In this document: positions 11,933 to 23,700 of the stretch, one piece after another
Position numbering within the stretch: position 1 is the stretch's first letter
How the letters are laid out: each line of letters starts with the position of its first letter
NCBI GenBank assembly: GCA_965240325.2
Contig: OZ251254.1
Span: 682,001 to 746,000 of the forward strand
DNA from: Rebecca billardiae RCC1528
Lineage: Eukaryota; Protista; Haptophyta
Length of the DNA stretch: 64,000 bases
Direction: 5' to 3'
Position numbers and translations under genes: made by a program
Notes under the pieces: generated by a model
Database searches by the model: none
Told to the model about the DNA's origin: nothing
What the model saw: only the letters and a program-made list of their open reading frames with translations

Positions 11933-13217
11933 GGCGCCTATCCGCGCAGGCACCGCCCAGCTGCAGGCGGAGCGAGGAGATAGAACTTGTCACTGAGATT
12001 GAGCCCGGAAAGCCGCACGATGGCGGACGTTGGATGGCGCGCGCGGCGCGCTCACGCCGCAGCCGCGCGTGCGCGACGGCAAACGCCACGTCCCGCCAGC
12101 CCGACTCCGCCTTCGAGGCGCGAGCGACGGCAGAGAGGGCCTGCACCCCAGCCGCAGGTGGTGCCGCGAGCAGCTGCGATGGCGGCGCGCGGCCAAACCA
12201 GAGCAGCCCAGCGCGCGCGGCGATCATCATCGCCGATTCGAGCAGCGCGTCGTCCTCGGGGAGAGTGGGCGCGTTTGAGGCGCAAACGCGCAGCGCCGTG
12301 AACGCGGCGCGCACGCCCGCGCCGTACGCCTTGCGCCGTGCGGCATCGGCTCCTGCGCCGTCCGCACGCTGCATTGCTGCTCGCATGCTGCTGAGCGCGC
12401 GGCGCTGCTCGGCGGTCGCCTTGCACCGAATAGAGTCGTGGTCGAGCGCGGCGAGCCGCGGCGCGCTCGAAACCTCGGCAGTGTCTCGGGGCACCGCGTC
12501 GGATGTCGCACGACGCCGAGACAGGGTGCTGCGGCGGCTGGTCCGCGCGCGCCGCCTGCGCACGCCGCCACCAACGCGTCGCGCCGGATTCTCCTCGAAC
12601 ACGTGCCAGCCTGCTCCGCGTCGGCACGCGCGGACGCGTGCGCGCGCCGCGGCGCGTTGCGCCCGCTCGTCGCGCGCGCGCCGGCGTGCGAGGCACGATT
12701 CCGTGGCCAGCGTCAGATCGCCCGCGCGCCAGTCCACCAGCGCGCGCCGCTGCTTGACGTCGTCATCGCAGCGCCCCACGCGCAGCGCGCCTTGCACGCG
12801 TGCTTGCACGGCATGCATGTGCGCGGGCACGCAGCGTGCGACGCGCTCCAGCACGGCGATGTGAGTGCCCGTCACGTCGAAGCTGTCCACGCCCGGAAGG
12901 CCGAGCCCGCGCGTCGCGCGCCGGCATCGCTCGACGCGCTGAGGGCAAGGCGGAGCCTTCGCCTCGCGCAGTGCCTGTCTGACGCACCCATGTTCGTCGC
13001 GCATGTGCACAGGAATGCAGCGCATGACGCGCTTGAGCACGGCAATGTGCGTGGCCGACGCGTCGAGGGGGTCCACCCCCGGCATGCTCAGCCCGAGCGT
13101 CTCGTGCAGCCCCCGAGGTCGAGGCATCGCGAGGCGCAGGACATCGCCAAGAGCGAGCTTAGCATGTAGTCGTTCGTCGACCATCCACCCGGGGATGGAA
13201 TCATAGACGCGACGCAT
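11892..13217 (-). CDS. Uncharacterised ORF with an internal 62-aa-period duplication; possibly 5'-disrupted or a pseudogene
   Basis: PGVDPLDASATHIAVLKRVMRCIPVHM versus PGVDSFDVTGTHIAVLERVARCVPAHM; several differences between the copies are synonymous in this frame. First ATG 13217; boundaries uncertain. Confidence 0.4.
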   Translation of the reverse strand: MRRVYDSIPGWMVDERLHAKLALGDVLRLAMPRPRGLHETLGLSMPGVDPLDASATHIAVLKRVMRCIPVHMRDEHGCVRQALREAKAPPCPQRVERCRRATRGLGLPGVDSFDVTGTHIAVLERVARCVPAHMHAVQARVQGALRVGRCDDDVKQRRALVDWRAGDLTLATESCLARRRARDERAQRAAARARVRACRRGAGWHVFEENPARRVGGGVRRRRARTSRRSTLSRRRATSDAVPRDTAEVSSAPRLAALDHDSIRCKATAEQRRALSSMRAAMQRADGAGADAARRKAYGAGVRAAFTALRVCASNAPTLPEDDALLESAMMIAARAGLLWFGRAPPSQLLAAPPAAGVQALSAVARASKAESGWRDVAFAVAHARLRRERAARAIQRPPSCGFPGSISVTSSISSLRLQLGGACADRRHGIVHDGKSDDLL

Positions 13218-13328
13218 CTCGGCGAGGGCAGCCCTGGGAGCAGGTTGAGGCCCTCCCGTTGGGACCACCGCCACAGCGCCGGCGGAGGCACCACGTCTCG
13301 TGCGTCGCCGTTCACGGCAACGCCCCCC

Positions 13329-14241
13329 GGCCTGTTTTATTTCTACCAGATTCCATTTCCTATGTCACGGCGACAAACCCCTGCCCGCCAGTGGGAATCG
13401 GCGTCACGCCCCGTTGGGTGTACCTCTCACGGCCGATGGCGGCCCCCACGTGCGCAAGGAACGCGATTCCTGCACTCCTCGGTGACCGGTGAGTGCAGGA
13501 ATCCAGTTGCGGTGCTCGTCCGCCTCGTCGTCGTCGCACACGAGGTACACCCAACACCATGGGTCGGATCCTAGAACTCTCCGCGCGCTCGCGCCCGCGC
13601 GGCGAGCGCTTGCAGGCTTGTTCTCATCATCTTGGCCAAGACTGCAGCCTGCCAGATGCGCCAGGAGACGTGTGCACGCCTTTCCGCGCGTCATGGGTGC
13701 GCGTGGCACGCACCTTGTCATAATATACGCCGAGGAGGCCTGAGCATCCGGCCTACCAACCTTCCGCGCTCACGTTCAAATGCAGGCGGCAAGCTGCATG
13801 CAAGCGCACGCCGAACGGAAGCATCTCAAGCTCGACAAGGTAGAGGCGGCGGAGCGTTTAGAGCTAGTGGCGATTGCAGTCCATCTGGCTGTGAACTGGT
13901 CGCTATTTGACGCGGGTGCGATGCAGCCAAGGCAGAGTGCTTGCAGCTTGCAGAGGGCCTGCAGCTGCGGCGGTTTGCCGCCGCTCGCCGGCTGCATCGT
14001 ACACACTGCCGTGCACCGCAAGTGACCGCTGTGTCAAGGCGAAGCACCACGGCAAGGCGAAGCAGCATGTCTGACAACATCCTTCGCCACAGCGCAGCGC
14101 CTCAACACGAGAATGCGCGAACGACGTGCCATCACTACTCCGGACTAGCTCCGGCGCCCGCACCAGCGGGCAAGCCGCCATTGTACCGCGTTTTGGCGAA
14201 TGTCGCCTTTGGGCTCTCGTACAGTAGAAATAAAACAGGCC
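13329..14241. mobile_element. Non-autonomous TIR DNA element (~913 bp), PIF/Harbinger-like termini
   Basis: Perfect 18-bp inverted repeats GGCCTGTTTTATTTCTAC (13329-13346) and GTAGAAATAAAACAGGCC (14224-14241). C-runs on both flanks (possible TSD). No transposase ORF. Confidence 0.65.
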
Positions 14242-14325
14242 CCCCGCGGCCCGTGGCTCCGGCCGACTCGACTCCGGTCACTGCTGTGAGTCAGCAGTGC
14301 TACTGATGATGATGATCGGAGCAGG

Positions 14326-15332
14326 TCAGCTGCGCCCATCAGCCTCGTCACCGCCCGCAGCTGCTGTCAGCGCACTGTCTGCACGGCCCGCCTCGTCTGC
14401 CACCAGCCGCTGCGGCTGCGCGCCCGCCGGTGCTGCCGCCTCGTCGGCGTGCGCCGCGGAGGGCGCCGCCGAGGCCGGCGGCGGCGGCACCGGCGGGCCC
14501 TGCTCCTCGAGCGCGCAGAAGGCGAGCACGTTGAGCGCGGCGCACGCGCCGAAGAGGCGGAAGGCGGCCTCGAAGCCGCCGGTGGCTGAGAGCAGCGCGC
14601 CGGCGAGGCTGACGCCGCACAGCCCGCCGCCGATGTAGCAGACGGCGAGCGCGGACTGCACGGCCGCGAGCGCGGGCGCGCTCAGCACTCTCGCAAAGTG
14701 GCGGCCTGGCAGGCTGGCGAGCAGCGCAAAGCTGCCGCCGAAGCCGAGGCCGTACACGACTGCAAACGCGCGCAGCCTGCCCGCGGTGCGCACCGTGCGC
14801 AGCGGCGCGCCGCCCGTCCGGATCGCGAGGCCGCCGAGGCTCACGCCGCCCTCGAGCAGCAGCGAGGTCGCCGCCAGCCACGTGCACACCGCCGCGAGCC
14901 CCACCGGCCGCGTGAGGCCAGCGTCCACGCCCGCACCGCACAGGAGCTTGGCGAGCACCGAGCTGACTGAGATCAGCATGTGCAGCGCGCCCGCCTCGCT
15001 GAGCGGGATGGCCGCCGCGCCGCGCACGAGGTAGGTGCTCAGGCAGTTCACCAGCGAGAGCAGGATCGCGCCCGAGCACGCGTGCATCAGCGCGAGCGCG
15101 AGGCCGCGGCGTGAGCACAGCGGCGCGCAGAGCGGCGCTCGGAGTGCGCCCAGCGAGCGCTCACGGCGCCGGCGCGGCGGAGGCCGCGCGCCGCCCCCCG
15201 CGCCGCCGGCGCCGCCGGGGCGCGCGCCAGCCGACGCCTCGGGTGCCACGGCCGGCGCACCACCCCAGCATTCGCCGGCCGCCCCGTCGGCCGCCGCCGC
15301 CGCCCTTCCCTCCGGCAGCAGCCGCTGCGCAC

Positions 15333-15375
<43 letters not shown>

Positions 15376-16122
15376 TCGGCCGAAGCCAATGCCCGCCGCG
15401 GCGGTTGCGCTCGGCCCCGCCCAGCCTTCGGCGCGCTCGACGAGCTCGACGCGGCTGCCACCGGAGCTCGACTCCTCTCCGCGTGCGCGCGCGCGCGCGT
15501 CCTCCCGCCGCACCAGGTGCTGCGCGGCCGGCAGTGCGCAGAGCCACGCGAGAGCGCTCGCCACCGCGTACGGGCCTCGCCACGCGCGCCCGCCGGCCGC
15601 GTCGACGGCGGCGGCGGTGAGCTGCTCGCCGAGGCCGATGGCGAGGGAGAAGGAGGACGTGAGCACGCCGATCGCCACGCCGCGCCTGCGCCCGAACCAC
15701 GTCTCGAGCAGCAGCACGTGAGCAAAGACGCCGCCAAACGCGGCGGATGCGCCGAGTGCCGTCTGCGCGACGAGCACGAGCGCAAAGCACGGCGCGAGCG
15801 GGTAGAGCAGCGCGCCCAGGGCCATCAGGAGCGTGCCCGCGCGCACCGTGCGCGCCACGCCCACCCAGCGCACGAGCGGGCCGACCAGCGGCGTCGCGAG
15901 CAGCCATGCGAGCATGTACGCGCTCGGCAGCAGCAGCTGCACGGTGTGCAGCGGCACGCCAAACGCGTCGGCGACGTTGGCGAAGATGGCGGGCGGCGCG
16001 CCGAGGCCGGCGACGATGAGGACGAAGAAGGAGCCCGTCGAGGCGAGCATCACATCGGCGTGCGCCACGAGCTCCTCCGCCTCGCGCGGCGCCTTGCGCG
16101 GCGGCGCCGGGGATGCCATCAT
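14326..16122 (-). CDS. Major facilitator superfamily transporter
   Basis: 598-aa intronless ORF, ~12 TM helices in two halves. Motif-A-like GPLVRWVGVAR, WFGRRRGVAIG and YGLGFGG..AL (monocarboxylate/OFA-like MFS). Confidence 0.9.
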
Positions 16123-16543
16123 GCCACGCGCGTGAATCGCGCCGCCAAAAAGCGCGCGAGTTTCGTTTCGACTTTCGAGACTTATTCAGACTTTCCGAAT
16201 TAATTGCCCACTGCTCACCGCCCGCACGCGTCCATCCATGGCGCAGCCTCGCGCGACACTGACAGTGACACTCCGCGAGGACTGCCACTGCCTTCTCCTG
16301 TGACGTGATGCAGTCGGCTGAGTCGCGTATAGTGCTAGGTCGACAGTACTGCTGCCAGCGAGCTACGACGACGGCCATACTCCATCAGAGAGCCGCATTA
16401 AATTTGTCATTTCCGGAGCAGTCCCGTCTGCCGGCTCTGCCGCGTGGCGCGTCGGCCGCGGGCGCGGAGCTGACCGTGAGAGTGTAAGTGGGTGCCGGAG
16501 TCGATCCGTCCTCCCAGACGGCTGATCAGCCTCGGCGGCCGCC

Positions 16544-17386
16544 TCAGCGCGCCCTGACCGGCGCAGCGCTGCGGTCCTTGCCGACCAGCGGCGCGGTGTT
16601 CGCCGCCGCCCTCCCGTTCGCCCGCTCCTCCTGCTCGTCTGCGCGCGCCGCCTCCTCGCGCAGCTCGCGCGAGAGCGTCGTGACCAGCTTGTCAAAGGTC
16701 CACTCCTCGTCGGGCTCGGCGACCTGGTCCTGCGGGTACAGCACCTGCGTGAGCGCGGACAGATCGATCCCGATCTCCGTCGCCGAGGGCAGCGAGAACT
16801 GGATCTCGTTGTCCAGCTCGTTGATCGACTGAACGCGCGCGGACGCGCGCATGACCGGGGCGTCAGCGACCGTCGTGTCGATGGCCGCCTCGTCGGCGAC
16901 GGCCTCGTCGAGGTCGGGGATGACGGGGATGCCGTCGTCGTCGTCGTCGATAATCGCCGGCGACGACTCGCCCCCGCCCGCCTTGAAGCTTTGCGTCCTG
17001 CGCGCAGGGTGGCACGTGGCGGGCGGCGAGCGAGCGTAGCGCGCGGCGCATGAGCTGCGTGCGCGGTGCCGAGCGCGCGCGCGCGGGCGCGGCGGTCGGG
17101 TGCGAGCGCGGGGTGCGCGCCGCGCGTACGCGTCACCGGCCGAGCCCCGTCGCCTGCCGCGCGGCGCCGCGTCCTCCCCCTCGCCGACGGAGCCCTCGCC
17201 CCAGCCGCCCATCATCTTTTTCGCAGGCTCGGGAGGCTCGCCATCCGCGGCCGTGGCGGATGCGTCGGCATCGGCGTCCTCGCGCAGCGGGCGACGGCGG
17301 CGCGGCGGGATGTCCTTCTTCTTGAACACGCCGTCGAACTCCTCGCCGCCCCCGCCCTCCCCGCCCGCGGCGAAGTCGCCCAGCAT
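16544..17386 (-). CDS. IFT43: Intraflagellar transport protein 43 (IFT-A), intron 16998-17129
   Basis: GGWG motif, IPVIPDLDE, RVQSINELDNE, IDLSALTQVLYP..QVAEPDEEWTFDKLVTTL match the IFT43 conserved C-terminal domain. Confidence 0.9.
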   Translation of the reverse strand: MLGDFAAGGEGGGGEEFDGVFKKKDIPPRRRRPLREDADADASATAADGEPPEPAKKMMGGWGEGSVGEGEDAAPRGRRRGSAGDAYARRAPRARTRPPRPRARARHRARSSCAARYARSPPATCHPARRTQSFKAGGGESSPAIIDDDDDGIPVIPDLDEAVADEAAIDTTVADAPVMRASARVQSINELDNEIQFSLPSATEIGIDLSALTQVLYPQDQVAEPDEEWTFDKLVTTLSRELREEAARADEQEERANGRAAANTAPLVGKDRSAAPVRAR

Positions 17387-17582
17387 GGGCGCGCGCGCTC
17401 CGACCGTGCGCGGCAAGGCAGCACAACGGCTCTTGGAAGCTGTCGGCAGCCGGCACGATGGCGGCGGTTTATTGTTTGATGGGTCGGGAACAGTCGAAAC
17501 TCACTCGAACACGGAGCATGGGGAGGACTCGGGACAAAGGACCAAGGTTATTTGATGGTCCTTTGGTCTAAAACAGAGTAAA

Positions 17583-17631
17583 CTGTACTCATTCTATGAT
17601 TTAACGACACAGGTAGGACGACGCGGGTCTC
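17583..17631 (+). repeat. Dispersed repeat family A, truncated copy
   Basis: CTGTACTCATTCTATGATTTAACGACACAGGTAGGACGACGCGGGTCTC, shared with 29761-29870 and (reverse) 42461-42562. Confidence 0.9.
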
Positions 17632-17711
17632 TCGTCTGTGCTCGAGCTGGATTTCGTGCGCGCACCGCCACCGGGCGGTCGCGCGTCGACGCCGCGCCGC
17701 TCGACGCGCTC

Positions 17712-19122
17712 ATGGCGGCGAGGCGGCGTTCGCGCGGCCTCCCCGCGCGGCTGCCCGCGCTGCTGCTCGGCATGTTCGCCGCCAGCCCCACCGGCCGCAC
17801 GCAGCCCGTCCCCACCGACCTCGCCAGCCCGAACGTTGTCGAGTCGCGCCGCGCGCGCGAGCCGAGCGCGCCGCCCGAGCTGCTCGTGTACCTCGCGGGG
17901 CACATGCGCGCGTTCCCGCTGATCTCGGAGCAGATGAAGGCGCTGCTCGACGTGATCGCGGGCGGGGGCGACGACCCGCCGTACGCCGTGTACATGCACA
18001 CGTGGGACGAGCTCGACCACGGCGACGCCGTCTGGTGGCGCGGCAACCGCAAGCCGACGGTGCGGCGCGCGCGCGCGGCGGCGCGGAGGGCTCCGCCGCG
18101 CGCGCCGAGCCCCGCGCGAGGCGCGAGGCGCGCGCGCGCGGCACGCGCCCACCCGCCCCGCCCTTCGCCCATCCCCACGCGCGCCCGCCCTCCCCGCCGC
18201 CGCACAGGACGTGCCGTCGTACGGCCGGGGCGCCATCCTCGCCGCGCTGCGCGACCCGTCGCTCAACGCTTTTCTGTCGGGCCGAAGGTTCGTGGCGCGG
18301 GTGGACAGCCACCCGGGCTCGGCGGCGCTGTCGGCGCAGTACGGCACGCGCGAGCTCAACGCCGTGTGCGCGCACCGCATCGCGTGCATCGACCACACCG
18401 CCGCGCAGCTGCACGAGCTGCGCATCGTGCACGCCCTCGCGAGGCAGCACCTGCGGCTGCGCGGAGGGCCGGACGCGGCGCCGCCCGGCCGCACGCCCGT
18501 GCTCAAGTCGCGGCCGGACGTGCTGCTCTCGGACGGGTGGAAGTCGCACCAGTCGCTCGCGCGCATGCGCAAGGCGCTCGGCGCGGAGCAGGCCGGGGGC
18601 GGCCCCGGCGTCGGCCACGAGGCGGACGACAGCGCGGCCGCGCGCGGCGCGCGGCGCGCGCGCGGCCGCGCGGACGGCCGCGCGCCGCCGCTGCGCTGCC
18701 TCGGGCACACGGGGCCTTGGCACGGCGGCTGGGGCGACATCTCGTGGGTGCTCTCGCTCGACGGCGTGGACGCGGTGATGGCGCGCGCGCCGCACCTCCG
18801 CGAGCTCCTCGCCGACGAGTCCAGCCCCGAGGCGGCGCGCTACCACCGCTACCGCGAGCTCGCCGCCGCCAAGGCGCGCCGCGACTACCACGCCGAGCAG
18901 GCGTGGCGCGAGGTGCTGATCAAGAGCGGGGTGAGCAGCTTCATCACGGGCTGGATGGCCGGGCTGGCCAAGGCGCGCGTCGCGCGCCACCCGAACGGGA
19001 CGATCGGCGTGGAGCAGTGGCACTGCTACCGGATGAAGGCGTGGGAGGAGGCGGACGCCTTCTTCAGGCAGCGCGGCTTCAGCAAGCACTACCCGCCCGT
19101 GCGCCTGCCGAGCGGGAGCTAG
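17712..19122 (+). CDS. Putative secretory-pathway glycosyltransferase-like protein, intron 18060-18207
   Basis: N-terminal hydrophobic segment. Motifs LLVYLAGHMR, VYMHTWDE, VLKSRPDVLL, WGDISWV and HAE resemble the G-x-x-R / HTW / RPD family of uncharacterised GT-like proteins. Function is inferred. Confidence 0.65.
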
Positions 19123-21443
19123 CAGTGCAAGCAGGCCGCGGCTGTGGACCACCGTATGCGCCCAGGAGCGCGCCGGCAGGCGGGGCCGCGCTTCCCGATC
19201 GCGCTGCGCTCAGGCGCGGTGGCCCGAGCGCTGGTGGGGCCGCGGGGGCAGGGCCGCGAGCCGGCGCCGGCGGCCCGGCGGGCCGTAGTCCTGTCGAGTG
19301 AGTGTCGGCGTGCGCAGCCTGCGGGCCGTGGCGGCGCGGCTCCGGCTGGCGGCGGAGTTGACAGCACAGGCGGCCACGTGTCACGCCAGCACGACGCATA
19401 GTAATCGTCGTCATCATCATCATCATCATCACTACTACTGCTATCGTCTGGCCGTATGAACTCACTGCCCACCACGTCAACAATGCGGCACCGTCCCGCG
19501 CCCGCGGCGGCCGGGACCGTCACTCTGGCCGACACTCACACTGGCAGCACCGGCCGACCGGACGACCCGGCGCCGCGCCGCCGCGTTTATTCGGCCGGCG
19601 GTAATAATAATAATGGTTATAATATTATATTAGTGGCCGGCCACTGTGTGGCCACTGACAGTGACACTGGGCCACAGTCCAGTGGGGCGACAGTCCACAC
19701 GCCCCGCCGCACTCGGTGTCGATGACTCTGATGTCTGATGACGTGTCATCATCACGACCCATCAGGGCACACGGTGGCTGGCTGTCACAGTCGCCAGACC
19801 CACCGGACTCAGACGCCGAGACTGAGAGTACCGCGCGGGTCAGTCACTCCGGGTTCTGCCAGCCGGGCGGCCGCGCCGTATCCGCGACCGCCGCCGGAGT
19901 GCCGGCAGCACAGCCAGCACTGCTCACTCATCGTCCGATCCGGCCGTGGCCGTGCTGTCCGCGGTAGTGGCCGGCTCATCATACGGCATCCGGCCATCCG
20001 CGCCGGTTTCAGCCGTTTCAGGCGGTCAGTGACAGTGACTCACGCCCCGCGCCGTGAATGAGTGCGCGGACGTGAAATAATCGAGCGCGCCAGTATAAGT
20101 TGCAGTAGGCGTCGTCAGATCGTCACGTACCGTAGTGATGGTTTAGTAATGCTCCAACGCCGCCGAGAGCGCCGACCACGAGGAGGAAGGCCACAAGGGG
20201 AGGGACACGGAGAGCACCTCGCATCAGTGCGACGAGCAGCCTGAGCGGAGCCTGCAGCTGCTGGGGCGTGTGCTGGGCGGCGCCGCCGACCTCATCCGAC
20301 GGCGCAGACGTTTGGGGGGCATCCCCTGTGAGCACTTGGGGCCCGGCGCCGCCGTCGATCACGCCGCTGCCCCACCGCGACACCTCCCGCGCTGCCAGCC
20401 GCTTGTTGTGCGGTTGTGCCCGCCGCCGTGCCGCCTCCGCGTGAAGGCGCGCCCATCCAGCGGCTCCAGGATCGACTGCAGGCCCCCGCTCAGCCGCGGC
20501 CTCCGCGCCGCGAGAGTTTGGCCGTGCGAGCTCCGCGCTCGCGAGCACAAAGGACGCCTTCGCCTGCAATGTCCGCCGCGCGGCCTCGTCGACAACGAGG
20601 TGCGCGCAGCACACAGCCTGCTCCGCCCAGGCCACAGGCTCGAGCCGGTCCCAATTCCATTCCTAAGCCGGCTTGATTCCCTGCCCGGGCTGCTTTCGGG
20701 GAGCTCCCAAAAATACCGTGCGCGCCCTCCCGGCCGAAGCTTCGGCCTACAGAAGCCGAAAACCATTTTTTCACACCAGATTCTCAGCTCTGACTCCAGC
20801 AAACGATCGGCTGCGGACGGCGCTGGGGCGGGGCTATGACGACGTTCTTGGGCTCATTGGACGCGCCTTGGCCAGGCGCACACGGCGGTAGCCGCCGATC
20901 TCATCGCCTCCGCGACATCCGAGCTCTACATAGGAAAAACTGGCGCCGTTCCGCACAATAGGGGTCCGTTCCACAATAGGGGTTAAGACGCTACGTTCAA
21001 TAACTCATAGATATAGTCATAATCTCGCGGACTCTCTGTACTCGCGGCCAAACTGCGCTCCGTGCCGCTCGTAGTGAGTCGTCGTCATCAACACATATAT
21101 ATCATATGCAATACTGCTCCGCGGGCGCCGGCCTCCGGCTGAGCTGGGCTGCTGGCAGCAATGTGGCCATCGGTCCGTCGTGATCTGACCGTGTCCGTAG
21201 AATCGTACGGATGAAGGCCTTGTCATTACTCGACAGCATTGAGCATATGACGCGGCGCGGGACGGCGGGTTGACGATGAATGTAGTCGTCGAATCATGAG
21301 ACGCGGCCTAGTCGTCCAGCGCACTGTCGTAGTACTCGTCAGCAGCAGCCAGCAGTGGCTCTGTCCTGCTGGTGGGCGCCGGATGCCCCCAGTGCGGGCT
21401 GCGGCCCTGCGCTCCAGCCCTGCTGGTGCGCACCGCCGCTCGC

Positions 21444-22669
21444 TCACAGTGCGCCTCCCGGCAGCTGCTGCCCGCTCGGCCCCGGCGCGGGGGCCGGCGG
21501 GTTGGGCGGCGCCCCCGCCGCAGCGGGCACGGGCGGCGCGCTGCCGAGCGGGGCCGCCGGGCGCAGCACCGGCGGCTTCTGCTTGGCGGGCGGCCACTTC
21601 CGCTCGTACTCCGCCTCGGGCAGGTGCTGCGCGAGGATGCGCTGCTTGGCGAAGAAGCGCCCGTCCATGCGGCTCACCGCGGCCACGCAGTCGCGCACCG
21701 CCTCGAAGCGCACGTAGACGAAGCCGTTCGACCAGCGGTCGGCCGCGCAGTGCAGCACGGCGCCGGCGGTGGCGAGCTTGCTGCACTCGGTCGCCACGTC
21801 CTGCTCGAGCTCCGAGTAGAAGTTGGGCGCGCTCGCCTCGTCGCTCAGCCGGTCGAACATGCCCTGCGCCCGGGCGCACGGCGGGCGCACGGCGGGCGCA
21901 CAGCGGGCACACGCGCGCGCGCGCAGGCGGAAGGGGCGGCGGACAGGGCGCGCGCAGGGGGGCGGGCGGGTGCGGGCCGCAGCGCCGCGTGGGTGCGTGA
22001 GCGAGCGGCCGCGCAGCACGGCGCGGCGGGGTCGGGCCCAGCTTCCCTCCCTCTCCCCTCCGCCCCGCTGCTTCGGTTTGGGTTCCGCTTGGGTTCCGCT
22101 TGTGCCGGGTGCCGGGTGCCGTGCCGTGCTGTGCCGTGCTGTGCAGCCCCACACGCAGCCGTGTGCACAGCAGCCGTGTGCACACCTTGAGCAGCATGCA
22201 GCGCGAGAGCTGCGGCGCGCCCTCGCCGCCCAGCTGCTGCAGCAGCGAGTCGTCCATCGTGGGCACGGCGCTCGCGGCCGCGCGCAGCGTGTGCGCGGGC
22301 AGCGCCAGCTGCGCGTTCGCCGCGAGCTTGGACATGAGCGACGTCCGCGTCGCGCCGTCCATCCGCTGGCCGCCTGAGCCCTCGTCCAGTGCTGTGTCGT
22401 CTCGCGCGATTGGCTGCTGCTGCGGGGGCGGCGGCGGCAGGAGTCCGGGCGGTGGCGGCGGCGGTGGCGGCGCGGCGGATGCCGCAGCGCCGCCGGGGAC
22501 GCCGGGGACCACGCCGGCCAGCCGCGCCGTCGCCGCGGCGACCGCTGCCGCCACCTCGGCGGCCGCGGCCGAGTGCTGCGCGCCGCCCGCGCCCACGCCG
22601 CCCGGCTGCGGCGGCAGCGCCAGCGGGCCGCCCGCTGCCCCGGGCGCGGCCAGCCCTGCCGCGCCCGGC

Positions 22670-22704
<35 letters not shown>

Positions 22705-23385
22705 GATAGCCGCGGGCGGAAGCATGCCCGGCAACGCCGGCGGCTGCGCCATCGCCGGCGTGGGCAGCGCGCCGGGGGGCGGGCCGGCGGCGGCAGCGGC
22801 GGCGGTGGCGGCGGCGGCAGACGCGGCGCCGCCGAGCGCGTGCGGCGCTGCGCCCACGGCGAGTGCGGCGGCGGCGGCGGCGGCGGCCGTGCCCGGCTTG
22901 GGCGCGGAGCCCGGCTGGATGCTCGCGGGCACGCCCTCGACCGTCACCGTCCGCGCCACGAGCGCCTTCCCGAAGCCGTCGGCGTCGCCCATCTCGACGT
23001 AACCCACGCCGAGGCAGCGGCCGCTGCCGGCGTCGGTGATGAGGCGCACGTTGGCGACGGGGCCGAAGGCGGCACACGCGTCGCTCACGAGCTCCCGGGT
23101 CGCGCCGGGCGCGAGCTGGCGCAGGATCAGCGTGAACTCAGACGTCGCCGAGCTCGACCAGCCCGTCGCGCGCCGGCGCGGCCGCTCGTCCGCGCGCGGC
23201 GGCGGCGAGCGCGAGCGCGAGCGCGAGCGGCGCGAGCGGCGGGGCGGCGAGCCGCGCCGGCGCGGGGGCGAGCGCTCATCGCGCCGGCGCCGGTCGCGTG
23301 AGCGCCGGTCGCGCTCGTACGGCGAGCCGCGCTCGTCGCGCTCGTCGCGCCAGCTGCGCCGGTGGTACTCGCGCGGCGACGGCAT
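21444..23385 (-). CDS. RBM39: RBM39/CAPER-like splicing factor (RS domain, one RRM, RBM39 linker, UHM), intron 21864-22185
   Basis: RS-rich N-terminus; RRM (VRLITDAGSGRCLGVGYVEM); linker LDEGSGGQRMDGATRTSLMSKLA; UHM SRCMLLK|GMFD...ELEQDVATECSK...GFVYVRF...MDGRFFAK. Confidence 0.8.
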
Positions 23386-23700
23386 CGTCCTGCGCTGCGG
23401 CGGCTGCGCTGCTCAGCTCTACTGTGTTCAAACCCCCAGTTTCCAGGTCTCTCTTCGGAGAGCGTGCGATGAAGGATGGCGCGGCAACCTGCCACCGTGA
23501 GCCTTACGCACGTTAAAACAAATAAACTGTAGATCTGTCTTTGGAGCCTTGGTCCTGGCAGTGACCTTGAACACGGCCCTTGCTTGCCTTGGTCCCCGTG
23601 CGGCCCCGGGCTCCGCCATCGCCCGAGCTCGAGAGCGGCAGCTGAACGCGCGACGACAGGTAGCGGCTCTGCTGGACGCGGGCCAGCGACAACGGTCACG

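Noticed and set aside
17586-17616. Repeat family A as a spliced-leader RNA gene
   Set aside because: Has AG|GT after a short leader but no Sm-binding site (AU4-6G) and no tandem array; kept only as an alternative to test.
19450-21220. ORFs 20123..20635 - and 20270..20839 +, and the short tandem CCGTTCC(G)CACAATAGGGG near 20946-20983
   Set aside because: No protein motifs; looks like degraded repeat DNA without definable ends.
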